Assembly (NCBI GenBank): GCA_964554085.1
Contig: CAZKMY010000001.1
Span: 4,949-45,289 of the forward strand
DNA from: an uncultured Pseudomonadales bacterium
GTDB taxonomy: Bacteria; Patescibacteriota; Microgenomatia; UBA1400; RBG-16-45-19
Direction: 5' to 3'
DNA length: 40,341 nt
Part shown: positions 1 to 8,938 of the stretch, in pieces
Layout: every line of letters begins with the position of its first letter
Position numbering within the stretch: position 1 is the first letter of the stretch
Program-made: the position numbers and the translations under genes
The notes under the pieces: model-generated
What the model was told of the DNA's origin: nothing
Seen by the model: only the letters and a program-made list of their open reading frames with translations
Databases searched by the model: none

Positions 1-84
1 CGACCCGATATTCCGCAAAATGGTATTCGTAATGGTATAGGTTGGCTCGTACATACAACCCTATTCTTGCATATCCTGCCGGAA

Positions 85-948
85 TCAGCAATTGAATAAT
101 TCGTGCATCGCGCGCGGAATAGCCTGCAATAAATCCGACGCGTTATAAAACCGCCCTACTTGATCCGCGCACAATTCCCCCGCCCGTTTATTCACTCGGC
201 TCGCAGCCACTGCCGCTGGCAAAATCTCATTTGTGGTACACAATGCCGCTGCCAATCCTGCCAACACATCTCCAGTTCCCCCTTTTGTCATCCCCACATT
301 GCCCCCCTCCACCTTTACCACCTCATCTCCTTGCACGATCATATCCGTCTTCCCTTTCAATATAATCGTCAATCCATCATGTTCCTGAGAAAATGCTTTT
401 AGTTTTTTTTCTTCCTGTGTCCTGCCCCCTGTCTCCTGTCCACTGATCCTCTCCCACTCCTTATGATGCGGGGTAATCAACATATTGCCCGTCAACAATT
501 CCGAATCAACTTCCTGTAACGCTCCTCCATCAATCACCCATCGTTTATCCGGAAACCGCCGCAATAAATGATTAACCACCTCATGGGTAGCTGCTTCACC
601 TTGTTCCAATCCCTCCTGCCGTGTCATCCCCGGTCCAATTAAAATACAATCATCTTCTGCAATATATTCTTCAACCCGTTCCCATGGCACCACTATCCCA
701 TTCCAAAAATGCTCCTTAAGCCGCGTCCGCATCAGGTGATTATTTACTTCAGCCGGACTTGTCACATGTACCATATCCACGACCCTGCTTGCCACCTCCG
801 CCGACCAAATCAAGCTCGCATGAAACAGCTCCGATCCTCCAATTACCAACAATTTCCCATTTTGTCCCTTATGCGAATCGCCTTGTGGTTGAACAAGATT
901 GAACCAATATTCTTGTAACTTGTTGCTTGTAACTTGTTGCTTTTTCAT
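85..948 (-). CDS. nnrD: NAD(P)H-hydrate dehydratase (YjeF C-terminal / Nnr family)
   Basis: 287-aa ORF with ATG at 946-948. Motifs GKLLVIGGS, ITPHHKEWERI and KGGTGDVLAG fit the YjeF_C carbohydrate-kinase fold. Codons 4-12 are encoded by a perfect 14-nt tandem duplication. Confidence 0.75.
   Translation of the reverse strand: MKKQQVTSNKLQEYWFNLVQPQGDSHKGQNGKLLVIGGSELFHASLIWSAEVASRVVDMVHVTSPAEVNNHLMRTRLKEHFWNGIVVPWERVEEYIAEDDCILIGPGMTRQEGLEQGEAATHEVVNHLLRRFPDKRWVIDGGALQEVDSELLTGNMLITPHHKEWERISGQETGGRTQEEKKLKAFSQEHDGLTIILKGKTDMIVQGDEVVKVEGGNVGMTKGGTGDVLAGLAAALCTTNEILPAAVAASRVNKRAGELCADQVGRFYNASDLLQAIPRAMHELFNC
912..939 (+). repeat. Pyrimidine-rich pseudo-tandem element, CTTGT subfamily (perfect 2 x 14 nt: cttgtaacttgttg)
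   Basis: Direct reading: cttgtaacttgttg cttgtaacttgttg. It lies inside the nnr N-terminus and reads as QQVTSNKLQ on the minus strand. Confidence 0.7.
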
Positions 949-964
949 CTTCTTATCATATCTT

Positions 965-2077
965 TCATTTACCTAGCCGCAATATCGACGATTTTCCGGT
1001 TAATTTTTGCACCACCCGTTCATCCGTAGTAGTCAATATAGTTTGCTGTCCCTCAATCATTCTCAGCACCTGCTCTTCGTGAACTTCATCCAACTCACTC
1101 AAAATATCATCTAGCAACAACAACGGGCGCTCCCGTAATCGTTCAGCCATAAACCTGAGTTGAGCTTCTTTTAACCACAACACCGCCATCCGCTGTTCTC
1201 CTCTCGACCCATAAACTGAAAGGTCCCTTTCTTCACCGTTCCCTATACCCTGTCCTCCATCAACTATCCGTATATCATCCTTATGCGGCCCCACCAAAGT
1301 GTATCCAACTGCCAATTCTTCACGCTCATACTGAGCCAGTCGTTCTACCGAAATCGTTGATCGTTCATAATGGACACCAAGATTACCTGACATGCTGGGT
1401 AATTGGTTAATATGTTGCAGCAGCTCTTCGCGCTTCGCACTCATTACCCCCCCATCACGTACCAAGACCTGATCCCAAAAAGCCAAAGCAGTCCGCTGTA
1501 CTTGCCCCTCCCGTATTAAATCCAATAGTTTATTCCGTTGCTTGAGCGCTTTTTCATAGCTAGCCAGACATCGCGCATATTCCCGGTCTACCTGTACCAA
1601 CACATCATCCAAAAACCGCCGCCTGAGTGAAGCAGATCCTACCAACAAATCCATATCCTCTGGTCGAAATAACACCGCTGGCAACTCTCCCACAAAATCT
1701 TGTTTCCTTCTCCCCGCTCCATTAATCTTAAATAACCGTTTTTGTACCCGTTTACCCTGCACCATCCCTCGTGTTACGGTTACCTGCAAAGAAATTTTTT
1801 CCATAGCATCTCCCTTATTAAGGGAGACCGGCTCATTTCCAGATGATGCCGAGAGAGTTACTTCTCCTGTCACATGTCCCACCTCATGCTTCCACGCCAC
1901 CATTTCTTCAATCCGACTAGCCCGAAAACTTTCCCCCGTAGCCAGCAAAAACACCGCCTCCAAAATATTGGTTTTCCCCCGGGCATTGTCTCCCACAATC
2001 ACGGTCACTCCCGAATTAAACTCCGACGCAAGTTGAGCATGATTACGAAATTGGACCAACGACAATGTACTAAGCAC
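965..2077 (-). CDS. recF: DNA replication/repair protein RecF
   Basis: 370 aa with GTG start. N-terminus is LSLVQFRNH, Walker A is GDNARGKTNILEA, and the C-terminal part has LLLLDDILSELD (Walker B / SMC-like). Confidence 0.9.
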   Translation of the reverse strand: MLSTLSLVQFRNHAQLASEFNSGVTVIVGDNARGKTNILEAVFLLATGESFRASRIEEMVAWKHEVGHVTGEVTLSASSGNEPVSLNKGDAMEKISLQVTVTRGMVQGKRVQKRLFKINGAGRRKQDFVGELPAVLFRPEDMDLLVGSASLRRRFLDDVLVQVDREYARCLASYEKALKQRNKLLDLIREGQVQRTALAFWDQVLVRDGGVMSAKREELLQHINQLPSMSGNLGVHYERSTISVERLAQYEREELAVGYTLVGPHKDDIRIVDGGQGIGNGEERDLSVYGSRGEQRMAVLWLKEAQLRFMAERLRERPLLLLDDILSELDEVHEEQVLRMIEGQQTILTTTDERVVQKLTGKSSILRLGK

Positions 2078-2891
2078 GATTCTCCAATGACAAATACTGT
2101 TCTAGTTTCTTTTTCTCCACATCCACTCTCCACCGACCCTTCTTCAGTCGTCGAAAAACCAAAACTAAACTTAATCCCGCCATGACTGAAAACGACAGAA
2201 ACATTGGTAATAGAAGTTGATACTCAGAAAACCGCGGATCCAACTTCTGAATCACGTACAACAACACAGCAAATGCTACCCATACCGCTCCAAATGTTAC
2301 CTTTAAGTCATTCCACCTTCCAAAGTCACCTCCCGAATACCTCGTATAGTTAAACACCGTCAAAAAGAAACTTGCCCCCAATAATATTCCCCGAATTAGA
2401 CCCCAATAAACACTTTGAGGATTTTGTAAAGGCGCATGATTTAATTCCAATATCGTTAATCCAAGCGATGCCAATATCATTCCCGCATACGTTAAGTTAT
2501 GGGAAAACGTCATATGAAAAAATGAGTTTACTTGGCGCGCTTCTGCTTTTTCATTTATTAAATACTCCTGCATCATTTTTGTTACCGCATGGATTGCTAC
2601 TCCCCCATAGGCAAACATCATTGAAAGTAAAACTGTGTCTACCAAAAAAATATCCGATAAAAAAACTGTTTCATTACGAGGTTGACGAGTTATAACCTGA
2701 AGGTAAGAAAAAACCATAGGAAATAAAACCCCTGGAATCAACACGAGATGTATCATTTGTTGAATGGATAGGTGCCAAATTTTCTTTCGATGCAATGATT
2801 GAATTCGGTATATTGAGGCCACCACAAATACAAACACTACCAAAACAGTAAAAAGTCCAGTCCCTCGCATACTACGAATTGTATCACTCAC
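2070..2891 (-). CDS. Polytopic membrane protein, unknown function
   Basis: 273-aa ORF with about 7 hydrophobic segments. It overlaps the recF start by 8 nt and abuts the fpg stop. The start is GTG at 2891, or alternatively ATG at 2870. Confidence 0.55.
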   Translation of the reverse strand: MSDTIRSMRGTGLFTVLVVFVFVVASIYRIQSLHRKKIWHLSIQQMIHLVLIPGVLFPMVFSYLQVITRQPRNETVFLSDIFLVDTVLLSMMFAYGGVAIHAVTKMMQEYLINEKAEARQVNSFFHMTFSHNLTYAGMILASLGLTILELNHAPLQNPQSVYWGLIRGILLGASFFLTVFNYTRYSGGDFGRWNDLKVTFGAVWVAFAVLLYVIQKLDPRFSEYQLLLPMFLSFSVMAGLSLVLVFRRLKKGRWRVDVEKKKLEQYLSLENRA

Positions 2892-3893
2892 TCACCTCTG
2901 GCACTGCGGACAAAAATATGTTCCCCGTCCCCCGAGAGAAATTTTCTGTATGTTCGTATGACAGGCACGACACGGCTGACCTTCTCGATCATAAACCAAG
3001 AATTGGTCTTGATAATGTCCTCCCAAACCCTTGGTGTCCACAAAATGGCTATAGCTGGCTCCACCCGCAGTAATTCCCGCCTCAATCACCTGTTTCATCG
3101 CCTCATGCAACTTTATTACCGCATGCATTTTTAATTGATTTGCAGGCATTTTTGGATGAATACCAGCAAGATATAACGCATCATTTGCGTAAATATTCCC
3201 CATCCCACCAATTTTGTCTTGGTCCAAAATCACCAACTTGACAGCTCGACCTGATGTCCGCAATACCTGACTCAAATAATCCACGGTAAAAGCGTCATCA
3301 ACCACATCTGGAGCCATTCCATCCCTATACCCTACCCACTCCTGCCTATTCACTATTCTGACCCACCCAAACAACCGCTGATCATTAAAGTAAAGGATAC
3401 TACCATCACTAAAGTGAAAGATTACTCGCGTATGCTTGCTCGGCAATTCATGTATCCAATCACGGGTAGGATGTCCACCAACTATACGGTCAGTAACAGC
3501 TTGCCCTGAGCGAAGTCGAAGGGGATGCCCCCCTACAATTCTTTTTTCTTTTTTTTCTGAACCCTGTCCCCTAGACCCTACCGCCTCGTAAATAAGTTGT
3601 CCTGCTGCGCCCCACGAAGTCCCGCCACGGCGGGACGAAGTGGGGTCATTTTCATATATTAATTGTCCCGTCATTTTCAAATGTACCAACACTACCAAAT
3701 CGTCCGTCAGTTCCACCACAATTATCTTCTGCTTTCGCGTTACCGAAACAATCTTCTTCCCCACCAAGAAAGATTTATCCTGAGCGTAGTCGAAGGACTT
3801 ATTTTTCAACACCTCAATCGAATCAATCACTTTCCCCGGCAAAACCGTTTGTAATTGCTGTACTATTGTTTCAACCTCGGGAAGTTCAGGCAT
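2892..3893 (-). CDS. mutM: Formamidopyrimidine-DNA glycosylase (Fpg/MutM) carrying in-frame insertions
   Basis: Start reassigned to ATG 3891-3893, which gives the obligatory MPELPEVET N-terminus. HLKMTGQL is present, as is the C-terminal zinc finger CRACHTN...CPQC. The protein is about 55 aa longer than typical Fpg because of insertions between HLKMTGQLIYE and KHTRVIF. Confidence 0.9.
   Translation of the reverse strand: MPELPEVETIVQQLQTVLPGKVIDSIEVLKNKSFDYAQDKSFLVGKKIVSVTRKQKIIVVELTDDLVVLVHLKMTGQLIYENDPTSSRRGGTSWGAAGQLIYEAVGSRGQGSEKKEKRIVGGHPLRLRSGQAVTDRIVGGHPTRDWIHELPSKHTRVIFHFSDGSILYFNDQRLFGWVRIVNRQEWVGYRDGMAPDVVDDAFTVDYLSQVLRTSGRAVKLVILDQDKIGGMGNIYANDALYLAGIHPKMPANQLKMHAVIKLHEAMKQVIEAGITAGGASYSHFVDTKGLGGHYQDQFLVYDREGQPCRACHTNIQKISLGGRGTYFCPQCQR
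3489..3521 (+). repeat. GC-rich CTGAGCGAAGTCGAAGG core element inserted in frame in fpg (read as LRLRSGQAVTD)
   Basis: Core ctgagcgaagtcgaagg at 3506-3522. It is flanked by two diverged copies of the host segment encoding RIVGGHP (3468-3488 and 3522-3542). Confidence 0.7.
3560..3584 (+). repeat. Pyrimidine-rich element, CCCTRT subfamily, in frame in fpg
   Basis: aaccctgtcccctagaccctaccgc, preceded by the polypyrimidine run cttttttcttttttttc. It reads as GSRGQGSEKKEK on the minus strand. Confidence 0.6.
3610..3645 (+). repeat. Palindromic GC-rich hairpin inserted in frame in fpg
   Basis: ccccacgaagtcccgcc ac ggcgggacgaagtgggg. The outer CCCCA/TGGGG and inner GTCCCGCC/GGCGGGAC arms are complementary. 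Two copies of the host segment encoding GQLIYE flank it (3585-3602 and 3651-3668). Confidence 0.7.
3779..3797 (+). repeat. GC-rich CTGAGCGTAGTCGAAGG core element in frame in the fpg N-terminal domain
   Basis: cctgagcgtagtcgaagga, flanked by the imperfect direct repeats aaagatttat (3769-3778) and aaggacttat (3793-3802). The protein reads KSF-DYAQD-KSF. Confidence 0.6.
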
Positions 3894-3946
3894 TTTCACC
3901 TCTACTGTTCTTGCCCTTCCGTAGCTTTAGCGTAGGAGGGTCTACC

Positions 3947-5080
3947 TCAGGCAATTCTGGCACGCTTCTTCTCCCACTCCCGATTTACCAACTCTTTCAT
4001 CTCCTTTACGAATCGTTCTTTCGAGAATTTTTGTGCATGAAGTCGGATTTTTGATCTCTCAAACGAGATACTCTTACACATCTCAATCCCTTTCACCAGA
4101 CTCTGAGCCGTCAATTCGTCAAAAAAGATGCCTGTTTCCCCCTCGATGATTGTTTCCAAATATCCACCTCCCCGATAGGCAATCACAGGGGTTCCCGCCA
4201 GTTGTGCTTCCACAGGTGTAATCCCGAAATCCTCATCTTTTGCCAAAGCTAAAAATGCAAATGCCCCTGCATACAATGCTCCCAATTTGTCATCGCTCAC
4301 ATGACCTAAAAATTCCACCGTAGGGCCAGCCAAAGCCCGTAAATCCCGTTCTTCATGGCCCCATCCCGCTCCTGTTCCCACCACCTTAAGGGGCATATGG
4401 AGTTGATTCGCTGCCTCGACCGCTAATCCTAATCCTTTCCCTCCAACCAATCTCGATATCACCAATAAATAATCCCCTTTTTCTATCCCCTGTAACCTAT
4501 TATCTATACCCCGTACTTCCACTGGAGGATAAATAACTTCACTTTCTCGTCGCCAGAACTTTGCTATCCGTTTTCGAACATTCTTAGAATTTGCCACTAA
4601 CACATCCACTGTCTGAGCTGTCATGTAATCAAATTGCCGCAATTCTTTGTTTACAATTGCCGCATACACCCGCACTGGCCAATATTTTCTCCAATTAATA
4701 CTCGTGTCATATCCATACAGATAGCGAGGTGGCGTATGAATATATGACACATGCAGCGTTGTATTAGGTACCCGTATTCCTTTTGTCATATACCAAGAAC
4801 TTGAAGAAATCACCACGTCATAGTCAGAAAAATCAAACGACCTCCATATTTGGGGAGCCAAAAACCGCAATGGGCTATGGAGTTTTCGAGCAAAAAATGG
4901 CACGTGGTGAGCCCATGACCCCCGGATATCTCGGTGCTTCAATCGCTCATACGCCGATGACCCACACCGAAAAAAAGCAGTGTAAATGGGAGCCTCTGGA
5001 TACATCTCCGCCAACACTTCCAGCACCCGTTCTGCCCCACCATAGTCATTCAAATAGTCATGAACCAATGCAATTCTCAT
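3947..5080 (-). CDS. Glycosyltransferase, GT4/GT1-fold family
   Basis: 377 aa. N-terminus is MRIALVHDYLNDYGGAERV and the C-terminal part has EDFGITPVEAQLAGTPVIA (EX7E-type motif). Confidence 0.8.
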   Translation of the reverse strand: MRIALVHDYLNDYGGAERVLEVLAEMYPEAPIYTAFFRCGSSAYERLKHRDIRGSWAHHVPFFARKLHSPLRFLAPQIWRSFDFSDYDVVISSSSWYMTKGIRVPNTTLHVSYIHTPPRYLYGYDTSINWRKYWPVRVYAAIVNKELRQFDYMTAQTVDVLVANSKNVRKRIAKFWRRESEVIYPPVEVRGIDNRLQGIEKGDYLLVISRLVGGKGLGLAVEAANQLHMPLKVVGTGAGWGHEERDLRALAGPTVEFLGHVSDDKLGALYAGAFAFLALAKDEDFGITPVEAQLAGTPVIAYRGGGYLETIIEGETGIFFDELTAQSLVKGIEMCKSISFERSKIRLHAQKFSKERFVKEMKELVNREWEKKRARIA

Positions 5081-5087
5081 AGCTATC

Positions 5088-5113
5088 CTCTAAACCCTAT
5101 CCCCTAATTCCTA
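5088..5113 (+). repeat. Pyrimidine-rich element, CCCTRT subfamily (intergenic)
   Basis: ctctaaaccctatcccctaattccta. It fills the spacer between the GT4 start and the exonuclease stop. Confidence 0.6.
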
Positions 5114-6079
5114 AAATAATGCTTCCTGTACTGATTCTTCAAACGTATCCCTCGGCAATTTTGGAATCAGACTTTTAAAATCATATTTTGTCAGCACTGC
5201 AATCGCCTTATTCTTATCATACGTGGTCAACTTGCAATGATCCCAATCCAACTGAATTGGCACATTCGTCACAATGGTTGCCAGTTGTTTACTATCAAAT
5301 GCCTGCTTCCTATCTCTTATCAATTTCTCTGCAATTTTTTTTGATAATTGTCTTGTTTCTTGTTTCTTGTCACTTGTATCTAAATACTCATACACCCCTT
5401 CAACTGATCCATACGCCCCAATTAAATCAGCTGCCGTCTTCGGTCCAATTCCGGTCACTCCCGGAATATTATCACTACTATCCCCCGCCAATCCCTTGTA
5501 ATCAGGTACTTGTTCTGGCCATACCCCTAATAACTCCTTTACACTCGTGCGGTCTACCATTCTTGATTGACGCATACCCGTTCCCGGCACAAACACACTG
5601 ATCACCTCATCCACCAACTGCCACATATCCCGATCCCCCGTCACAATCATCACCTGCACACCACCTTCGCCTAAACCCTGTCCCCTGTCCCCTGTACCCT
5701 GTGCCGCAGCCTGTTTGGCCAACGTCCCAATCACATCATCTGCTTCAAATCCCAACACTGAATACGTCGGAATATTTAAATCTCCTAAAATTTCCTGCAC
5801 AATCGGTTCTTGAGATTTTAATTCATCGGGCATTTTTTCCCGATGTGCCTTGTATGACTCAAACGCTTCGTGCCGAAATGTTTTTCCCACATCAAATGAC
5901 ACCGCTAAATGTGTTGGTTTTAATTCCGTCATGGTGGATAAAAGAATCCGGGTAAATCCATACGCCGCATTCACCAATTGGCCATCTGCCATCGCCAAAC
6001 TTTGAGGAAACGCAAAAAACGCTCGATAAAGGAGTGCATGTCCATCAATAAGCACTAACCGTTTGAGGTCCGTCGTCAT
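5111..6079 (-). CDS. Stand-alone 5'-3' exonuclease / flap endonuclease (Pol I N-terminal domain only)
   Basis: 322 aa. Motifs are LVLIDGHALLYRAFFA, EADDVIGTLA, IVTGDRDMWQL and GDSSDNIPGVTGIGPKTA. There is no polymerase domain. It carries two in-frame low-complexity inserts. Confidence 0.85.
   Translation of the reverse strand: MTTDLKRLVLIDGHALLYRAFFAFPQSLAMADGQLVNAAYGFTRILLSTMTELKPTHLAVSFDVGKTFRHEAFESYKAHREKMPDELKSQEPIVQEILGDLNIPTYSVLGFEADDVIGTLAKQAAAQGTGDRGQGLGEGGVQVMIVTGDRDMWQLVDEVISVFVPGTGMRQSRMVDRTSVKELLGVWPEQVPDYKGLAGDSSDNIPGVTGIGPKTAADLIGAYGSVEGVYEYLDTSDKKQETRQLSKKIAEKLIRDRKQAFDSKQLATIVTNVPIQLDWDHCKLTTYDKNKAIAVLTKYDFKSLIPKLPRDTFEESVQEALF
5349..5383 (+). repeat. Pyrimidine-rich element, CTTGT subfamily, in frame in the exonuclease gene
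   Basis: tgtcttgtttcttgtttcttgtcacttgtatctaa. It closely resembles the element at 18327-18368 and reads as LDTSDKKQETRQ on the minus strand. Confidence 0.7.
5671..5703 (+). repeat. Pyrimidine-rich element, CCCTRT subfamily, in frame in the exonuclease gene
   Basis: ctaaaccctgtcccctgtcccctgtaccctgtg. It reads as AQGTGDRGQGLG on the minus strand. Confidence 0.7.
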
Positions 6080-6088
6080 GAGAGTATT

Positions 6089-6523
6089 CTACTCTCGCTG
6101 TACATCATTCTTAAAAATAAACCGTTCTTGTTTCTCAATGCGATCTATCTTCTTTTCCATTTCATCCAACCGCTCAAACAATTTTCGATGAAAATACTTT
6201 TCTTTTGTATTTTCTAAAGCTAAAGAAAACATTGAAATGATCAAACTAAATGAAAGCACTCCTACCACCGCCAACATCATGGCAATTATCCTTCCCCAAA
6301 AGGTGACTGGCGCCTTATCAGCGCAACCTACTCCCGTTACAGTTAAAACTGACCAATACAGCCCATCAAACCATGTTCGAAAAGATGATAAAGGTTCTCC
6401 TCGTTCAATGGGAACAATTACTAAACCTAAACCTAGAGATAGTGCCACCAATCCTGCCAACAAATACCGAAATCGTCGTTGTTGTAATACTGGCCGAGCA
6501 AACGCATTCACACTCACATTCAT
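6089..6523 (-). CDS. Small 2-TM pore-loop ion channel (K+ channel-like) with a coiled-coil tail
   Basis: 144 aa with two TM helices flanking the pore-loop-like WSVLTVTGVGCAD. This deviates from the canonical TVGYGD filter. Confidence 0.6.
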   Translation of the reverse strand: MNVSVNAFARPVLQQRRFRYLLAGLVALSLGLGLVIVPIERGEPLSSFRTWFDGLYWSVLTVTGVGCADKAPVTFWGRIIAMMLAVVGVLSFSLIISMFSLALENTKEKYFHRKLFERLDEMEKKIDRIEKQERFIFKNDVQRE

Positions 6524-6547
6524 ACTGTTTTACGATACCATATCCCC

Positions 6548-8455
6548 TTAAGCTACTACAGGTTTAGCTTTAGGGAGTCCTACGATATTTTCAAATTCAT
6601 CAGCGTCCAATGACTCATCTTTGAGTAATGCATCAGCAATTGCATCCAGTTGTTTACGGTGTTTTGTAACAACTGATTCAGCCAACGTGTTTCCTGTCAT
6701 CACAATCTGAGCAATTCGTTCATCAACTTTTGCCTGTTTATCTTGAGATAATTGAGCTGGCTCCATGGCTGCTCTCCCCCAATCACTCAAGTCGTACTGT
6801 GGTCCCAGGGCAATTGGTCCCAAATCGCTCATGCCATAATCCACCACCATCGATCGGGCGATTCTCGTGGCTTTTTCAATATCATTTGATGCCCCACCTG
6901 TTAATTCACTAAAAATCAACTGTTCAGTCACCCGGCCAGCCAACAATACCGCAATCTCTTCTTCCAATTCTGATTTCGTTTGCTGATATTTATCCTGTTC
7001 CGGCGGAGTCAAGGTATACCCCAGCGCCATACCGCGTGACACAATACTCACTCGGTGAACTGGATCCGTATGTGGTAACAAATGAGTCACCAACGCATGC
7101 CCTGCTTCGTGATACGCGGTCATTTTCCGTTCTCGCTCATTCTGGAGCCGTTTCTTTTCTGGCCCTAATTTCACCTTCATCGCCGCTTCTTCTAAATCTG
7201 CCGGACCAATTTCTACCCGGTTATCCCGAGCTGTCATAATCGCCGCCTCATTCAACATGTTTTCCAAATCAGCTCCCGAAAATCCCACAGTGCGTTTTGC
7301 CATCGCTTCCCATGACACACCTTCCACAAACGGCTTGTTCGCCGCATGAATCGATAAAATTCGCTTCCTCTCTTCCAAGTCAGGTAATGTGAGCGTAACA
7401 CGGCGGTCAAATCGACCCGGTCGGGTTAATGCCGGATCCAACATGTCACCTCGGTTAGTTGCCGCGAGCACAATCACGGTATCATTGGGAGTAAATCCAT
7501 CCATTTCCACCAAAATTTGATTCAACGTCTGTTCCCGTTCATCGTGTCCCCCAGCTGATCCCATTCCCCGCATCCGTCCAATCGCATCAATTTCATCGAT
7601 AAAAATGATGGCTGGAGCACTCTTCTTGGCAGTTTGGAATAAATCTCGTACCCGGGACGCTCCTACTCCCACCAACATTTCCATAAATTCACTTCCTGCC
7701 ATAGAAAAGAAAGCTACGCCTGCTTCTCCAGCGACTGCTCGAGCCAACAGCGTTTTACCCGTTCCCGAAGGGCCGACCAACAATACGCCCTTGGGCGTAC
7801 GAGCACCCAATTTACGATATTTTTGAGGATGTTTCAAAAAGTCGACGACTTCTTCCAATTCTTTCTTAGCCTCAGGCACACCACCCACATCTTTAAACGT
7901 AATACTCTGTTTACCTTTAGAAAATAGCTTTGCTTTACTCCGACCAAATCCCATGATTCCATCTTGAGATCCCCGAGCTTGCCGGAATATGACAAACAAG
8001 AAAATCACCATCAGTAAAATGGGCAATCCATTTACCAATAAATCTGTCCATGCTCTTCCTGCCGACAAATCTTCCACATCCACCTTCGCTGTCGCCAAAT
8101 CCACTCCAGAGTTGTACAACAGTTGTGCCAAACTAATCGATTCTTCCTTTACAGCCTGTTTGGCGGGAGTACCATCCTTGTAATTAATTTTAATCTGCGA
8201 TCCAGACACTTTAATCTTTTCCACCTTACCGGCTTTAACATCTTCTACCATCTGAGATACACTAATCTTCTCTGCTCTACCACCTGAAAACAAATTCATC
8301 AAAAACGGCAAAAAGAGTAAAGCCACCAAAAACCACACCAACAAGTTTTTGCTATTAAATTCCAACTTAAACTCCATCCGTTTCATTGATTGAGGTGAGG
8401 GTGTCTTCTTTGCTTGATTAGGTAGCTCTTGGTTCTTTATGTCTTTCTTTGCCAT
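6548..8455 (-). CDS. ftsH: ATP-dependent zinc metalloprotease FtsH
   Basis: 635 aa. It has an N-terminal TM pair, Walker [18 protein letters not shown], and the zinc motif HEAGHAL. Confidence 0.95.
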   Translation of the reverse strand: MAKKDIKNQELPNQAKKTPSPQSMKRMEFKLEFNSKNLLVWFLVALLFLPFLMNLFSGGRAEKISVSQMVEDVKAGKVEKIKVSGSQIKINYKDGTPAKQAVKEESISLAQLLYNSGVDLATAKVDVEDLSAGRAWTDLLVNGLPILLMVIFLFVIFRQARGSQDGIMGFGRSKAKLFSKGKQSITFKDVGGVPEAKKELEEVVDFLKHPQKYRKLGARTPKGVLLVGPSGTGKTLLARAVAGEAGVAFFSMAGSEFMEMLVGVGASRVRDLFQTAKKSAPAIIFIDEIDAIGRMRGMGSAGGHDEREQTLNQILVEMDGFTPNDTVIVLAATNRGDMLDPALTRPGRFDRRVTLTLPDLEERKRILSIHAANKPFVEGVSWEAMAKRTVGFSGADLENMLNEAAIMTARDNRVEIGPADLEEAAMKVKLGPEKKRLQNERERKMTAYHEAGHALVTHLLPHTDPVHRVSIVSRGMALGYTLTPPEQDKYQQTKSELEEEIAVLLAGRVTEQLIFSELTGGASNDIEKATRIARSMVVDYGMSDLGPIALGPQYDLSDWGRAAMEPAQLSQDKQAKVDERIAQIVMTGNTLAESVVTKHRKQLDAIADALLKDESLDADEFENIVGLPKAKPVVA

Positions 8456-8464
8456 GATGATTCC

Positions 8465-8812
8465 TTAGATTAATCGATCTCCGTTCTGTAATTTGTGATC
8501 AAAACGCACCAATTCAGGTCGTTGTTCTTCATCCACCATCGCATCAGCGGCAAACAACATACCTTGACTCTCGCCAAAATCTCCCATCTTGCGAGGAGCT
8601 AAATTTACCACAAAAGTTGTCTGTACGCCAACCAAATCTTCTGGTGTAAACCACTGCAAAATGCCAGAAAAAATCACCCGCTCTCCCAATTCGCTTCCAA
8701 AATCTATCGTCAACTTGATTAATTTCTTCGACCCTTCAGGAACTTCTGCCTTCGCAATCGTCCCCACCCGAATATCCACTTTCGAAAAATCATCATACGT
8801 AATGCAATCCAT
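8465..8812 (-). CDS. tRNA-binding domain protein (CsaA / EMAP-II-like OB fold)
   Basis: Start moved to ATG 8810-8812 (MDCITYDDFSKVDIRVGTI...), giving 115 aa. The longer track ORF reads through the upstream repeat element. Confidence 0.7.
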   Translation of the reverse strand: MDCITYDDFSKVDIRVGTIAKAEVPEGSKKLIKLTIDFGSELGERVIFSGILQWFTPEDLVGVQTTFVVNLAPRKMGDFGESQGMLFAADAMVDEEQRPELVRFDHKLQNGDRLI

Positions 8813-8834
8813 CTTATTTATTCCTTTTTTTTGA

Positions 8835-8932
8835 TTTCCCTCAGATTCTAGCAAATTCAGCGCGCAATCATCCAAAGCTGAGCTTGCCGAAGCTGAAGGG
8901 CGTGAGCACTGCAATTTGCGAATCGAGGGAAA
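8835..8932 (+). repeat. Long imperfect hairpin repeat, copy R1 (termini TTCAGCGCGCAATCA ... GAAGGGCGTGAGCACTGCAA)
   Basis: Outer stem is TTTCCCTC (8835-8842) with GAGGGAAA (8925-8932). The next stem is GATTC-ta-GCAAATT with AATTTGC-GAATC. The interior holds gctgagcttgccgaagctgaagggcgtgagcactgc. Confidence 0.75.
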
Positions 8933-8938
8933 TTCCTC

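Noticed and set aside
1-54. Possible 5' end of a minus-strand gene (MYEPTYTITNTILRNIGS...) running off the left edge.
   Set aside because: Only 18 codons are visible, which is too short to support a call.
8813-8914. N-terminal extension of the CsaA-like ORF (MQCSRPSASASSALDDCALNLLESEGNQKKGINK).
   Set aside because: It is encoded by the R1 hairpin repeat. The same peptide-like reading (CSRPSASA) appears wherever the repeat occurs, for example in the antisense ORF 15183-15665. The conserved domain begins at the internal ATG 8812.
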